Below, one piece after another: positions 38,761 to 49,123 of a DNA stretch of 64,000 nucleotides. A program made the position numbers and the translations under genes. The notes under the pieces were generated by a model that was not told the DNA's origin, made no database searches, and worked only from the letters and a program-made list of their open reading frames with translations. Source of the DNA: an uncultured Granulosicoccaceae bacterium (GTDB lineage Bacteria; Pseudomonadota; Gammaproteobacteria; Granulosicoccales; Granulosicoccaceae); the NCBI GenBank assembly GCA_964449565.1, contig CAYUZB010000007.1:531-64530 (forward strand), read 5' to 3'. How positions within the stretch are numbered: the stretch's first letter is position 1; every line of letters begins with the position of its first letter.

Positions 38761-38830
38761 GTACGAACAACGTAGACCAAGCGCTATTGTTATACTGGAC
38801 TGGAATTCCTGAACCTGTTATAGCGCTTTC

Positions 38831-41641
38831 ATGCGTGTGAAAAATTTTCTTAAATCATCGTCACACCACCAGCACAAGGACCCGACGGTACGTCGTGAAA
38901 GCCTTGATCAGCTGGATGCGGTAGACAGCGATTCTCAGGCGATAATCATCGAGCTGGCTTCCAATGATCCAGACGTCACGGTCAGAACAGCCGCGATTGC
39001 CAAGTTGACTGATCTCGCTGTACTTCGCGAATTACTTGATGCCAATGGCGACAGCGCAGAAGCGATTCGCGGTGCTGCAGAGTCTCGCTTGTCAGAATTG
39101 CTGGAGCAGGATGCCGTCAGCGATATCGCTGTACGGGCCCTGCTGGCCTCGCATGCTCCGCGACTGGCTGTTTCTATTGCCTCCTGCAGTGCTGCCAAAG
39201 CCCAGCGAGAGATGGCACTCGATGCAATTACTGAAGAATCTTCATTGCTGGATATCGTTCAGCAGACACGTTCACACGATACGCGACTCGCTGCGGCTAG
39301 CCGTCTGACGAAACACGATACGATTCGAGCTGCACTGACTGCCGTTCGTTCACGTGACAAAGTCGTTGCAAAGCAATTGCAGCAACGCCTCGATGAGGAA
39401 GCTGCGCGCGAAGCCGCGCGCATAGCAACGACTCATGCAGTTGGTGCTGCACTGCAATCAGCCGAAGAATTGTCAGAGTCGGTTTGGTCGCCACAATTCA
39501 AGGGGCGCTATCAAGAATTGGAACAACGTTGGAAAGCATTTGACGAAGCCGATATCGCTGATCGTGACCTCGCTTTCAAAACGGCAATGAACAAGGCTGG
39601 CAAAGTGCTTGCGGAACACGAAGAAAAAGTGGCCGGTGAAGCAAAAGCAGAGGAGTCAGCACTTGCCGATACTTCAGCTTCAGAAAAATCTGCTGAAGGC
39701 GTGGCGCCAGTTATTGTCGAACATAGTGCCGAGCTTAAAGGTGTGATTGAAAAGCTTGGCAGTAGCGATATAGAAGCATTGTCAGCTAACCTGGAGACGC
39801 TCAAGGGAGACATGAGCGACTTGCCAGCTGACGCAAGCAAGCTGGTTCAGCACGCTGAAGCTATTGCCGTTCTGTTCAACCCGCCATTCGAGATGCAAAA
39901 AGCTCGGCCGGGTACCTTGAAACAGCGAATGAAACGTGTTGAGGCTTTGCTCGATACCGAGACTCTGCTGCCGGGTGTGGATGTCGCTGAGCTTGACTAT
40001 ATGGGTGAATTCAAAGCCCATTTGCCTGCTTTGCAAAATAGAATGGGCAAAGCCGAGCAGGAATCAGCCGACCGCGTCAAAGCGACTCATAGACAGTTTG
40101 CAGCTTTGTCCGGCATCATCAAAGAAGGTAAGTGGGGCCCGGCCAATAGCATGATGCGCCGACTCCAGAAAAAGATCGAGGCCATGGAGCCAGCGGAACG
40201 TTCAGGGCTGGATGACAAACTGAACAAAGCCAATGTGCAGCTGACGGAAATGGCTGATTGGCAGGATTTTGCGGCGCGGCCAAAACTTGAAGCGCTGTGC
40301 GAATCGATGGAAGCGCTACCATCTAAGTCGTTGACACCAGAACCTTTAGCCAAGGAAGTTCGCGAGCTGCAAAAGAGTTGGAAGTCCTTAGGGGTAAGCC
40401 GCGCTTCAAACGAACTGTGGTCGCGTTTCAAGACAGCCGGTGACGTCGCCTATGAGCCTTGTAAGGCCTGGTTTGATGAAAAACAAAAACTGCGCCAGCA
40501 AAAGCTTGATGCAAAAGCTGCTCTGTGCGACGAGCTAGAGACGGAAGCTGCGAAGCTTGGCGAAGATACTGTCGATTACAAGGCGATTCAGAAACGTGTC
40601 AACATTGCCAAGCGTGAATGGACCAAGAATCGTGTTCAGGATCGCAAGCCTGACAAGGCGCTAGAGGCTCGATTTTCAGATGCCTTAAAGCCGTTCGATA
40701 CTGTGCTGGCTGAGCAGTATGATGCCAATGCGAGTGCTAAACAGGCACTGGTCGAAAAAGTTGCCGCACTCGCCGAAGGCGAGATCAATCAACACAGTGC
40801 CAATCAGGCCAAGCGATTGCTGAGTGCCTGGAAACTTGTAGGTGTGATGCGTCGCAAGGAAGATCAAGCACTGTGGGAAGTCTTCAATGGGCATCTCGGT
40901 ACGATTTTCAAGCATCAAAACAAGGTTGAGCGCGATAAGAAGCGAGCAGGGCTTGAGCATGTATTTCGCGCCAAGGACATCATCAAGAAACTCAAGTCCT
41001 TGGCTCGAGCCGATACTCTCGATGAGGGAGAAGTACAGGGCCTGGCAACCGAGTTTCAAGGACTTGCCGAATTTCCTGAACGGGACAAGAAGTTCTTGTT
41101 GCGAGATTTTCGCTCGGCCATCGATGCTTGCGGCCGCGTACAAGACAAGGCTTCGAAACGTCGAGTGCATGCTGAATATGAAGAGCGCATGCGGTTGGTC
41201 GGTCTCTGTGAGCAACTGGAATTAGCTGTTGAAGATCCGACAGCTGCGAGTGATACATTACGTGATGACGTGGTACATGGCTGGGATTCCACAGAGACGC
41301 GGCTAGGCCGGGAAGTGGCTGTAAAGCTTGAAGCTCGCCGGGATTCGGCACTTTCACATCTTGATAATGGCACACAGCCCGATTACTCTGCGAATGAGGA
41401 AATGCGTCGCGATCTATTAATAAAAATGGAAGTTGCCGCTGATATCGAAACACCTGCCGATGACAAGTCTCGACGGATGCAATACCAGTTAGCCAATTTG
41501 CAAGCAGGAATGAGTAGTGCAAGTGAAGATAAAAAAACTGTGCTTGGCGAGTTGGAAGGTCAATGGCTGGCAGCTCCGCCGGTGAGACAGGCGATTAAAG
41601 ACAGCTTGCAGTCGCGATATTTGAAAGCGTGCAAACGATAG
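38831..41641 (+). CDS. DUF349 repeat protein (936 aa, all-helical)
   Basis: Recurrent DUF349-type motif (LQKSWKSLGVSRASNELWSRFKTAGD; AKREWTKNRVQDRKPDKALEARFSDAL; LLSAWKLVGVMRRKEDQALWEVFNGHL). HEAT-like N-terminus (DPDVTVRTAAIAKL). Confidence 0.75.
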   Translation: MRVKNFLKSSSHHQHKDPTVRRESLDQLDAVDSDSQAIIIELASNDPDVTVRTAAIAKLTDLAVLRELLDANGDSAEAIRGAAESRLSELLEQDAVSDIAVRALLASHAPRLAVSIASCSAAKAQREMALDAITEESSLLDIVQQTRSHDTRLAAASRLTKHDTIRAALTAVRSRDKVVAKQLQQRLDEEAAREAARIATTHAVGAALQSAEELSESVWSPQFKGRYQELEQRWKAFDEADIADRDLAFKTAMNKAGKVLAEHEEKVAGEAKAEESALADTSASEKSAEGVAPVIVEHSAELKGVIEKLGSSDIEALSANLETLKGDMSDLPADASKLVQHAEAIAVLFNPPFEMQKARPGTLKQRMKRVEALLDTETLLPGVDVAELDYMGEFKAHLPALQNRMGKAEQESADRVKATHRQFAALSGIIKEGKWGPANSMMRRLQKKIEAMEPAERSGLDDKLNKANVQLTEMADWQDFAARPKLEALCESMEALPSKSLTPEPLAKEVRELQKSWKSLGVSRASNELWSRFKTAGDVAYEPCKAWFDEKQKLRQQKLDAKAALCDELETEAAKLGEDTVDYKAIQKRVNIAKREWTKNRVQDRKPDKALEARFSDALKPFDTVLAEQYDANASAKQALVEKVAALAEGEINQHSANQAKRLLSAWKLVGVMRRKEDQALWEVFNGHLGTIFKHQNKVERDKKRAGLEHVFRAKDIIKKLKSLARADTLDEGEVQGLATEFQGLAEFPERDKKFLLRDFRSAIDACGRVQDKASKRRVHAEYEERMRLVGLCEQLELAVEDPTAASDTLRDDVVHGWDSTETRLGREVAVKLEARRDSALSHLDNGTQPDYSANEEMRRDLLIKMEVAADIETPADDKSRRMQYQLANLQAGMSSASEDKKTVLGELEGQWLAAPPVRQAIKDSLQSRYLKACKR

Positions 41642-41651
41642 TGTTGCTCTC

Positions 41652-42824
41652 GTGAATACGCCTTTGACGCGCGCCACGCTTGAGCGCGCCATGAGTAACG
41701 ATGAGCTGGTGCTGTACTACCAGCCAAAAATATGCCTGTTAACCGGTGATGTCATTGGGGCAGAAGCACTGGTACGTTGGGCTGATGGTACTCGCGAGAT
41801 CATTCCTCCTAATGAATTTCTGCCATTGGCTGAAAGCAGTGGGCTTTTGCATGACTTGACCATGCGCTTGCTTGATCAGGTCACCGATGCGGCAGTTGAG
41901 CTTCGTGGGCATGCCAGTGATCTGGCCTTGTCGATGAATGTAGCGCCAAATGATCTTGCTTCGAACAAAATCAGCAACCGTATTGGCGAGCTTCTGGCAC
42001 AGGAAACTATCAGTCCTGAAGATCTGCAGATCGAGATTACCGAGAGCGCGGTTATGGGTAATGTCGAGCGCGTGCGGGATGATCTTGAGCGACTGAATCG
42101 GCTCGGTATCAAAGTGTTGATGGATGATTTTGGAACCGGTTACTCGTCGATTGATCGCTTGAGTCAATTACCGTTCGATGCACTGAAGCTTGATCAAGGC
42201 GTGGTCAAACGTATGGGTAGTTCACGCCAGAGTCTTGATGTCGTGCGTTCTGCTATATCCATGGCACGAGAGCTCGGCATGACATCGGTTGCTGAAGGTA
42301 TTGAAACGGAAGGGGTATACAACTTCCTGATCGCTAACGGGTGCGAAGAAGCGCAGGGGTACTACATCGCTCGCCCCATGTCATTGGCTGACCTGATCGG
42401 GTTTGTCTCTGAGACGCATGACTTTGAAGGCTCACAAATTGGTCGAGTACATCAGGCAACCTTGAACTTGATGCACTTTCGCAAATCCCTTGTCGATGCT
42501 GCTTACTGCAGCCAGTTGGGTGTAGGTGTCGCTCTCGAATCAGTTATTGATCCGGGGCTCTGTACTGATGTGAAACACTCGCGCATGGGCGAATGGTATT
42601 TTGGTATCGGGAAAAAACTCGAGAAATTTGCAACCTATCGCGCGATTGAGAAACCGCTGTACGATATGCACTTGGCCGGTCAGCAATTCATCCAGCTTTT
42701 ATCATCCGATGTGGGTGCAGCAAAGCTCAAGGCGGGTATACATGAAGTTGATAAACAGTTTGATCGATTGGTAGACTTGTTGCACGCTCTTGAGCGCGAT
42801 CTTGTGAGTGAAAAGCTACATTAA
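41652..42824 (+). CDS. EAL-domain c-di-GMP phosphodiesterase with C-terminal CZB-like domain
   Basis: EAL motifs intact (EALVRW, EITE, DDFGTGYSS, LKLD, EGIET, QGYYIARP). The C-terminal 130 aa resemble a chemoreceptor zinc-binding domain (see finding). GTG start. Confidence 0.8.
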   Translation: MNTPLTRATLERAMSNDELVLYYQPKICLLTGDVIGAEALVRWADGTREIIPPNEFLPLAESSGLLHDLTMRLLDQVTDAAVELRGHASDLALSMNVAPNDLASNKISNRIGELLAQETISPEDLQIEITESAVMGNVERVRDDLERLNRLGIKVLMDDFGTGYSSIDRLSQLPFDALKLDQGVVKRMGSSRQSLDVVRSAISMARELGMTSVAEGIETEGVYNFLIANGCEEAQGYYIARPMSLADLIGFVSETHDFEGSQIGRVHQATLNLMHFRKSLVDAAYCSQLGVGVALESVIDPGLCTDVKHSRMGEWYFGIGKKLEKFATYRAIEKPLYDMHLAGQQFIQLLSSDVGAAKLKAGIHEVDKQFDRLVDLLHALERDLVSEKLH

Positions 42825-42848
42825 TTGTTATCGATAATTGTTATCGAT
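42823..42848. repeat. perfect 13-bp tandem duplication AATTGTTATCGAT x2
   Basis: Read directly. It spans the EAL stop codon and fills the 25-bp gap to the convergent gene. Each unit contains the palindrome ATCGAT. Confidence 0.85.
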
Positions 42849-42849
42849 T

Positions 42850-43656
42850 TTATGGTCCAAGCGATGGCAGTGTGCGCAAGCACTCCAGTAACACACGATC
42901 ATACTCATCAACATTGCGTGATAGTCCATCGAGTGCGCATTGCACATCTTTTTCAAGAATTCCAATAGTATTGTTTTTTGCATAGGTTTCATGTGCCCAG
43001 CTTATGTCATCGAAATGATCGCCATACCAGGTTGCCCCCGAACTCGCTGACATGACTTCAAGTAATTTACGGGTGTCAACCCCCTCCCGAACAGCATCGG
43101 CCAACACGCGTCTGACCGCGACAACGGTTGCAGCTGCTACCGTATTGTTCAGTGTCTTTACTTGCATTCCATGACCTAAAGGTCCGAGATGAAATTGATG
43201 CCTGCCCATTGCCTTGAACAAGGGCATCATTCTGTTGATGTCATTAGCTGTACCGCCGAGCATAAAACTCAAAGTGCGGTTAAATGCAGCTAGTGGCGCG
43301 CCCGACATGGGAGCGTCAATCAATGCAACATCGTCAGGTAATCGTTCCCTGAGTTTCATGACACTGGCAACTGATACCGTTGATGAAAGGATGCAGGTGC
43401 GCGGGTAACTATGCTCTGGCGTGGCAAACAAGGCTTGATCATCAAAGCACACGGCGTTGACTTCAGCATCGTCGCGAACCACGATCAATACGACATCAGC
43501 AATGATGTCTTTTGGATCTTTAACGAATGATAAATCGCACTCTTTTAGTGCGTCCGATGGCATGGTGTCAAAACAGTGCACAGTGAAGTCATTGTCGTGC
43601 AGTGCAGTTGCCATTGGCAGGCCCATAGCTCCAGCCCCGGTAAGCAATATTTTCAC
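42850..43656 (-). CDS. NAD(P)-dependent oxidoreductase, 3-hydroxyisobutyrate/6-phosphogluconate dehydrogenase-like
   Basis: N-terminal Rossmann segment MKILLTGAGAMGLPMA and a HIBADH-like length of 268 aa. Confidence 0.7.
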   Translation of the reverse strand: MKILLTGAGAMGLPMATALHDNDFTVHCFDTMPSDALKECDLSFVKDPKDIIADVVLIVVRDDAEVNAVCFDDQALFATPEHSYPRTCILSSTVSVASVMKLRERLPDDVALIDAPMSGAPLAAFNRTLSFMLGGTANDINRMMPLFKAMGRHQFHLGPLGHGMQVKTLNNTVAAATVVAVRRVLADAVREGVDTRKLLEVMSASSGATWYGDHFDDISWAHETYAKNNTIGILEKDVQCALDGLSRNVDEYDRVLLECLRTLPSLGP

Positions 43657-43735
43657 AATTTGCCCTCTATTGATTCTCTATGCACCCTATCAGGGCTGTT
43701 ATCATTTGGCGGCTTTTTCAACATCAGAGTGCGCT

Positions 43736-45296
<1,561 letters not shown>

Positions 45297-45305
45297 TAGC
45301 AGCGC

Positions 45306-46217
45306 TTACTGTTCCCAAGGTGGAATCGGCGTGAACTTGGCCACCATGAAATCGGTAAAAACGCGAACCTTGTTACTCAGATGACGCCGGTGCGGATACA
45401 CCAACTGAATCGAGGATGTGTCGATTGCATGATCCTGTAGCACTGGCAATACCAAGCCTTGCTGCAATGATGGCTGGACGACGTAACTTGCCAGACGTGC
45501 AATGCCGATTCCCGCCTTGACTGCTTCATGCAGCGCCGATGCGCTGTTCGTGTGGAAATTACCTTTGACTCGATGTACCTGAACGCCGTTACCGCTGCCA
45601 GTTGAAAATTCCCAGTCGTTGAAGTGCTGAATGGCAGAGTGTGTCAGGCAGTTGTGCGCGGCCAGGTCTTCAGGTGTTCTTGGTGTTCCGTGCTTTTTCA
45701 GATACTCCGGCGATGCGCAGATAACCCGCTTGTTTACCGCCAGTCGTCGCGCAACCAGAGATTCGTCAGTCAGGCCATCACTCAGTACAATCGCGACATC
45801 GACACTTTCACCAACCAGATCTACTTCACGCTCGCTGAGTTCCAGCTCAACCCGCAGATCGGGATAGAGCGCCATGAATTCCGGCATCAGTTTGATCATT
45901 TGCAGTCGCGCAAAGGCTGAAACCGTCGTCACTCGCAGAGTACCGCTGACCCGATCATGCAAGGCCATGACGGCATCTTCGGCTTGCTGAATCTCATCCA
46001 GAATTGCCCCACAGCGATCATTGAAAGCATTGCCCTCGGCGGTCATGCTGAGTTTGCGAGTGGTGCGTTGAAACAGACGAGCGCCAAGACGATCTTCCAA
46101 TCTTGTGATCAGTTTGCTGACAGCTGAGGGTGTCAAATCCAGCTCTCGGGCCGCTGCTGAAAAGCTCCCGAGGTCTGCAGCCTTCGAGAACACCAGCATT
46201 TCCGTGTATTTGTCCAT
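45306..46217 (-). CDS. LysR family transcriptional regulator
   Basis: N-terminal HTH FSKAADLGSFSAAARELDLTPSAVSKLITRLE and 303 aa. Confidence 0.9.
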   Translation of the reverse strand: MDKYTEMLVFSKAADLGSFSAAARELDLTPSAVSKLITRLEDRLGARLFQRTTRKLSMTAEGNAFNDRCGAILDEIQQAEDAVMALHDRVSGTLRVTTVSAFARLQMIKLMPEFMALYPDLRVELELSEREVDLVGESVDVAIVLSDGLTDESLVARRLAVNKRVICASPEYLKKHGTPRTPEDLAAHNCLTHSAIQHFNDWEFSTGSGNGVQVHRVKGNFHTNSASALHEAVKAGIGIARLASYVVQPSLQQGLVLPVLQDHAIDTSSIQLVYPHRRHLSNKVRVFTDFMVAKFTPIPPWEQ

Positions 46218-46530
46218 TTACAATATGTGCCTAATAGTCACTAATCATAATCTATTTTCAGGATTGTGGCTCAAATAGTAGATAATTAACTTAGCCACCT
46301 GTTCAAGCATACTCGACTAAGCACACTGATATGACAGAACGAAAGCGATCTCTCGAAAAAGCAAAAGTCGAGTAGGGCTTTGCTCGGCTGCGAGGCTACA
46401 TCGCAACGATACAAGCCCACCCCCGGTCGATACCCGTTTCAGTCCTCGTAACGCCTGTTCAAAGGTACTCCTCATCACCTGTTTGTTTCAACGTTCAAAC
46501 GAATCGAATCCACCGCACAACCGATTCATC

Positions 46531-46669
46531 CCGATTTTTTGGATTTTTTGGACACCCATAAACCGGTCTGCATCAACCCGATATTCTGGACACCCACAAA
46601 CCGGCCCGCATCGACTGCACTATCGCGTCAACTCGGATACTCTGGACACCCATTAACTGGCCATCCACC
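46531..46669 (+). repeat. three imperfect direct repeats (about 40 bp) with conserved core GGACACCCA, immediately upstream of the ABC exporter start
   Basis: R1 CCGATTTTTTGGATTTTTTGGACACCCATAAACCGGTCTGCATC. R2 CCGATATTCTGGACACCCACAAACCGGCCCGCATC. R3 TCGGATACTCTGGACACCCATTAACTGGCCATCC. Cores lie at 46550, 46588 and 46644. Confidence 0.8.
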
Positions 46670-48514
46670 GTGTATCGCTTTTTTGAACAGCTGATAGATC
46701 CTCTGCGTGGTCTGCCGACAGTGCGCCCGCCGACTGGATCAATGGCGTTTTTCGGCTTCTTTCTGAAACCGTATCGTGGCGTCTTGCTGGCCACTTTGAT
46801 CCTTGCCGGGATTTCCGCCGCCTCTGAACTTTTCGTTTACGTCTATCTGGGTCGCCTGGTTGATTGGATGAGCGTATCCAATCCCGAAAACTTCCTGCGC
46901 GAACATGGCCTGGCGCTGGTCTGGATGGTGTTCGTCATTGCCATCGTTCGTCCTGTGTCCATGCTCGGTTCGCGTGCGATGATCAATCTCGCAATTGCGC
47001 CCGGATTATCCAACGCTGTGCGCTGGCAGAATCATCGCTATGTTTTACGTCAAAGCATGCTGTTTTATCAGAATGACTTTGCCGGGCGTATTTCGCAGAA
47101 GGTCATGCAGACCGGGCATGCTGTTCGCGAAGCCGTCGTTAATGTCATCGATGGCTCTTGGATGCTGTTGATTTATCTGATCGGTGTAGTGTGGTTGTTT
47201 GTTGATATAAACGGTTGGTTATTGCTGCCTGTAAGTTTGTGGTTGATGGCTTATTTGTGCGTGGTTTTTTTTATGGTCCCGCCGGTACGGCAGAAGTCCG
47301 CAAACCTGTCAGAAGCCAACTCCGGTTTGATGGGGCGGATCGTCGACAGCTACACGAATATCCAGTCGGTCAAGTTGTTTGCGCATGATTCGCTTGAAGA
47401 AGAATTTGCCGCGAGTGGCATGCGCAAACTCGTCGCCGCCTTTCATTCGCTGATGCGCGCGATTCTCAGCATGACGATTGCACTGACGGTATTGAATACA
47501 TTGCTTGTCATTGCCACCGCTGGTGTATCGATAGCATTGTGGGCTCGTGGTCTGGTCACTGTTGGAGAAATAGCCGTTGCCAATGGATTGATTATTCGTA
47601 TCAATCAGATGTCCAGCTGGATTCTTCGCACCATCACCAGTTTGTTTGAAAATATCGGTGCGGTACAAAACGGTATTGAAACAATCTCTCAACCGATCGA
47701 CATAGTCGATGTTGAAGATGCGAAAACTTTAGAAGTGAGCGAAGGGCGTTTGAAATTTAATGCGGTAGGTTTTCACTACGAAGAAAAAAAATCAGAACTG
47801 ACGCCGAATATTGTGATTGATGATTGCAGCTTTGAAGTCGCACCTGGCGAGAAGGTTGGTCTGGTTGGACGTTCAGGTGCGGGCAAATCGACGTTGGTTA
47901 ACCTCCTGATGCGTTTTCATGATGTGCAAAGTGGCGCTATTTGTATTGATGGTCAGGATATCCGTGAGGTGACACAAAACAGCCTGCGACAGTCCATCGC
48001 AGTTGTCACACAAGACACCTCGCTGTTACATCGTTCTATTCGTGACAACATTCGTTATGGTCGGCGTGAAGCAACGGACGACGACGTTATCCGTGCCGCA
48101 AGCCAGGCTGAGGCGATGAGCTTCATACCCGATCTGTCTGATCCGTTTGGACGTACCGGACTTGATGCTCATGTGGGTGAGCGTGGCGTGAAGTTATCGG
48201 GTGGACAACGGCAACGTATCGCGATTGCCCGCGTTATTTTGAAAGACGCACCGATTCTGATTCTCGATGAGGCAACCTCCGCGCTGGATTCAGAAGTGGA
48301 GGCCGCGATTCAGGAGCAGTTGAATAGCCTCATGCAAGGCAAAACGGTGCTTGCTGTTGCGCATCGGCTGTCCACTATTGCGGCGCTCGATCGCTTGATC
48401 GTGCTCGATGCGGGGCGCATTGTGGAGACGGGCACTCATCAGGAGCTGATCGACAAAAATGGGCTGTACGCGCGGTTGTGGCACCGTCAGTCGGGCGGTT
48501 TTATTGGCTTGTAG
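46670..48514 (+). CDS. ABC exporter, fused permease/ATPase (MsbA-type half transporter)
   Basis: Six TM-like helices, then Walker A GRSGAGKST, signature LSGGQRQRIAIAR and Walker B ILILDEATSALD. GTG start. Confidence 0.9.
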   Translation: MYRFFEQLIDPLRGLPTVRPPTGSMAFFGFFLKPYRGVLLATLILAGISAASELFVYVYLGRLVDWMSVSNPENFLREHGLALVWMVFVIAIVRPVSMLGSRAMINLAIAPGLSNAVRWQNHRYVLRQSMLFYQNDFAGRISQKVMQTGHAVREAVVNVIDGSWMLLIYLIGVVWLFVDINGWLLLPVSLWLMAYLCVVFFMVPPVRQKSANLSEANSGLMGRIVDSYTNIQSVKLFAHDSLEEEFAASGMRKLVAAFHSLMRAILSMTIALTVLNTLLVIATAGVSIALWARGLVTVGEIAVANGLIIRINQMSSWILRTITSLFENIGAVQNGIETISQPIDIVDVEDAKTLEVSEGRLKFNAVGFHYEEKKSELTPNIVIDDCSFEVAPGEKVGLVGRSGAGKSTLVNLLMRFHDVQSGAICIDGQDIREVTQNSLRQSIAVVTQDTSLLHRSIRDNIRYGRREATDDDVIRAASQAEAMSFIPDLSDPFGRTGLDAHVGERGVKLSGGQRQRIAIARVILKDAPILILDEATSALDSEVEAAIQEQLNSLMQGKTVLAVAHRLSTIAALDRLIVLDAGRIVETGTHQELIDKNGLYARLWHRQSGGFIGL

Positions 48515-48568
48515 TGCGGTCCTGTGATATACACGTATTAGGAGGAACGAACCGCAAACATCCCAACC

Positions 48569-49123
48569 ATGAACACCAAAGTGCTGCGCCTGAATAAGGC
48601 AGGGACTCCCATTGCCTGGTTAAGCTGGCAAGAGACCGCTACGCTTGTTGTAAAAGAGCAGGTTATCTGGAGTATCGGACAAACAATCCACACCATTCGC
48701 GGTGGCTATAACAAGGATGGCATCCGGTCCCGACTGGAACTGCCAAGCATCATTGCATGCGATGGAAAAGTCGACAATTCCAACTTCACACCGGCGCTTA
48801 CCAATTCTTTGTTGTTTGCGCGCGATCAGCAAATTTGTCTTTACTGTGGTGTTGAACATCCTGTACGTGAACTATCGCGCGATCATGTCATTCCAACATC
48901 CCGTGGGGGCAAGGACCTCTGGACCAATTGCGTGACTGCCTGCAGGCGGTGTAATAATCGCAAAGGAAATCTGACCCCTGAACAAGCGAATATGCAATTG
49001 CTTGCAGTGCCTTTTGCACCGAACCGTTACGAGTTCTTTTATCTGTCTAATCGAGATGTGCTGGCGGATCAGATGGAATTTCTGAAAACGCGATTCTCCA
49101 ACAATGTCAGTTGGCTCGACTAA
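48569..49123 (+). CDS. HNH endonuclease family protein
   Basis: CLYCG...RDHVIPTSRGGKDLWTNCVTACRRCNNRKGN (HNH/zinc-ribbon motif); 184 aa. Confidence 0.85.
   Translation: MNTKVLRLNKAGTPIAWLSWQETATLVVKEQVIWSIGQTIHTIRGGYNKDGIRSRLELPSIIACDGKVDNSNFTPALTNSLLFARDQQICLYCGVEHPVRELSRDHVIPTSRGGKDLWTNCVTACRRCNNRKGNLTPEQANMQLLAVPFAPNRYEFFYLSNRDVLADQMEFLKTRFSNNVSWLD

Noticed and set aside
43457-43735. Upstream extension of the ammonium transporter ORF
   Set aside because: It overlaps the divergent dehydrogenase gene and is not Amt-like. Amt homology begins at METLQSG (43736).
43657-43735. Sigma-54 promoter / NtrC site upstream of amt
   Set aside because: TGGCGG-N5-TCAA at 43707 has the GG but not the -12 GC. 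The partial palindrome GCACCCTATCAGGGC is imperfect. This is too weak to call.
46331-46375. 14-codon mini-ORF (MTERKRSLEKAKVE) in the LysR/ABC spacer as a leader peptide
   Set aside because: It has no Shine-Dalgarno, no attenuator-like alternative hairpins and no regulatory-codon run. It cannot be told apart from chance.
46531-46669. The three direct repeats as a mini-CRISPR array
   Set aside because: There are only three copies, they are imperfect with irregular spacing (38 and 56 bp), there are no cas genes, and they abut a start codon.
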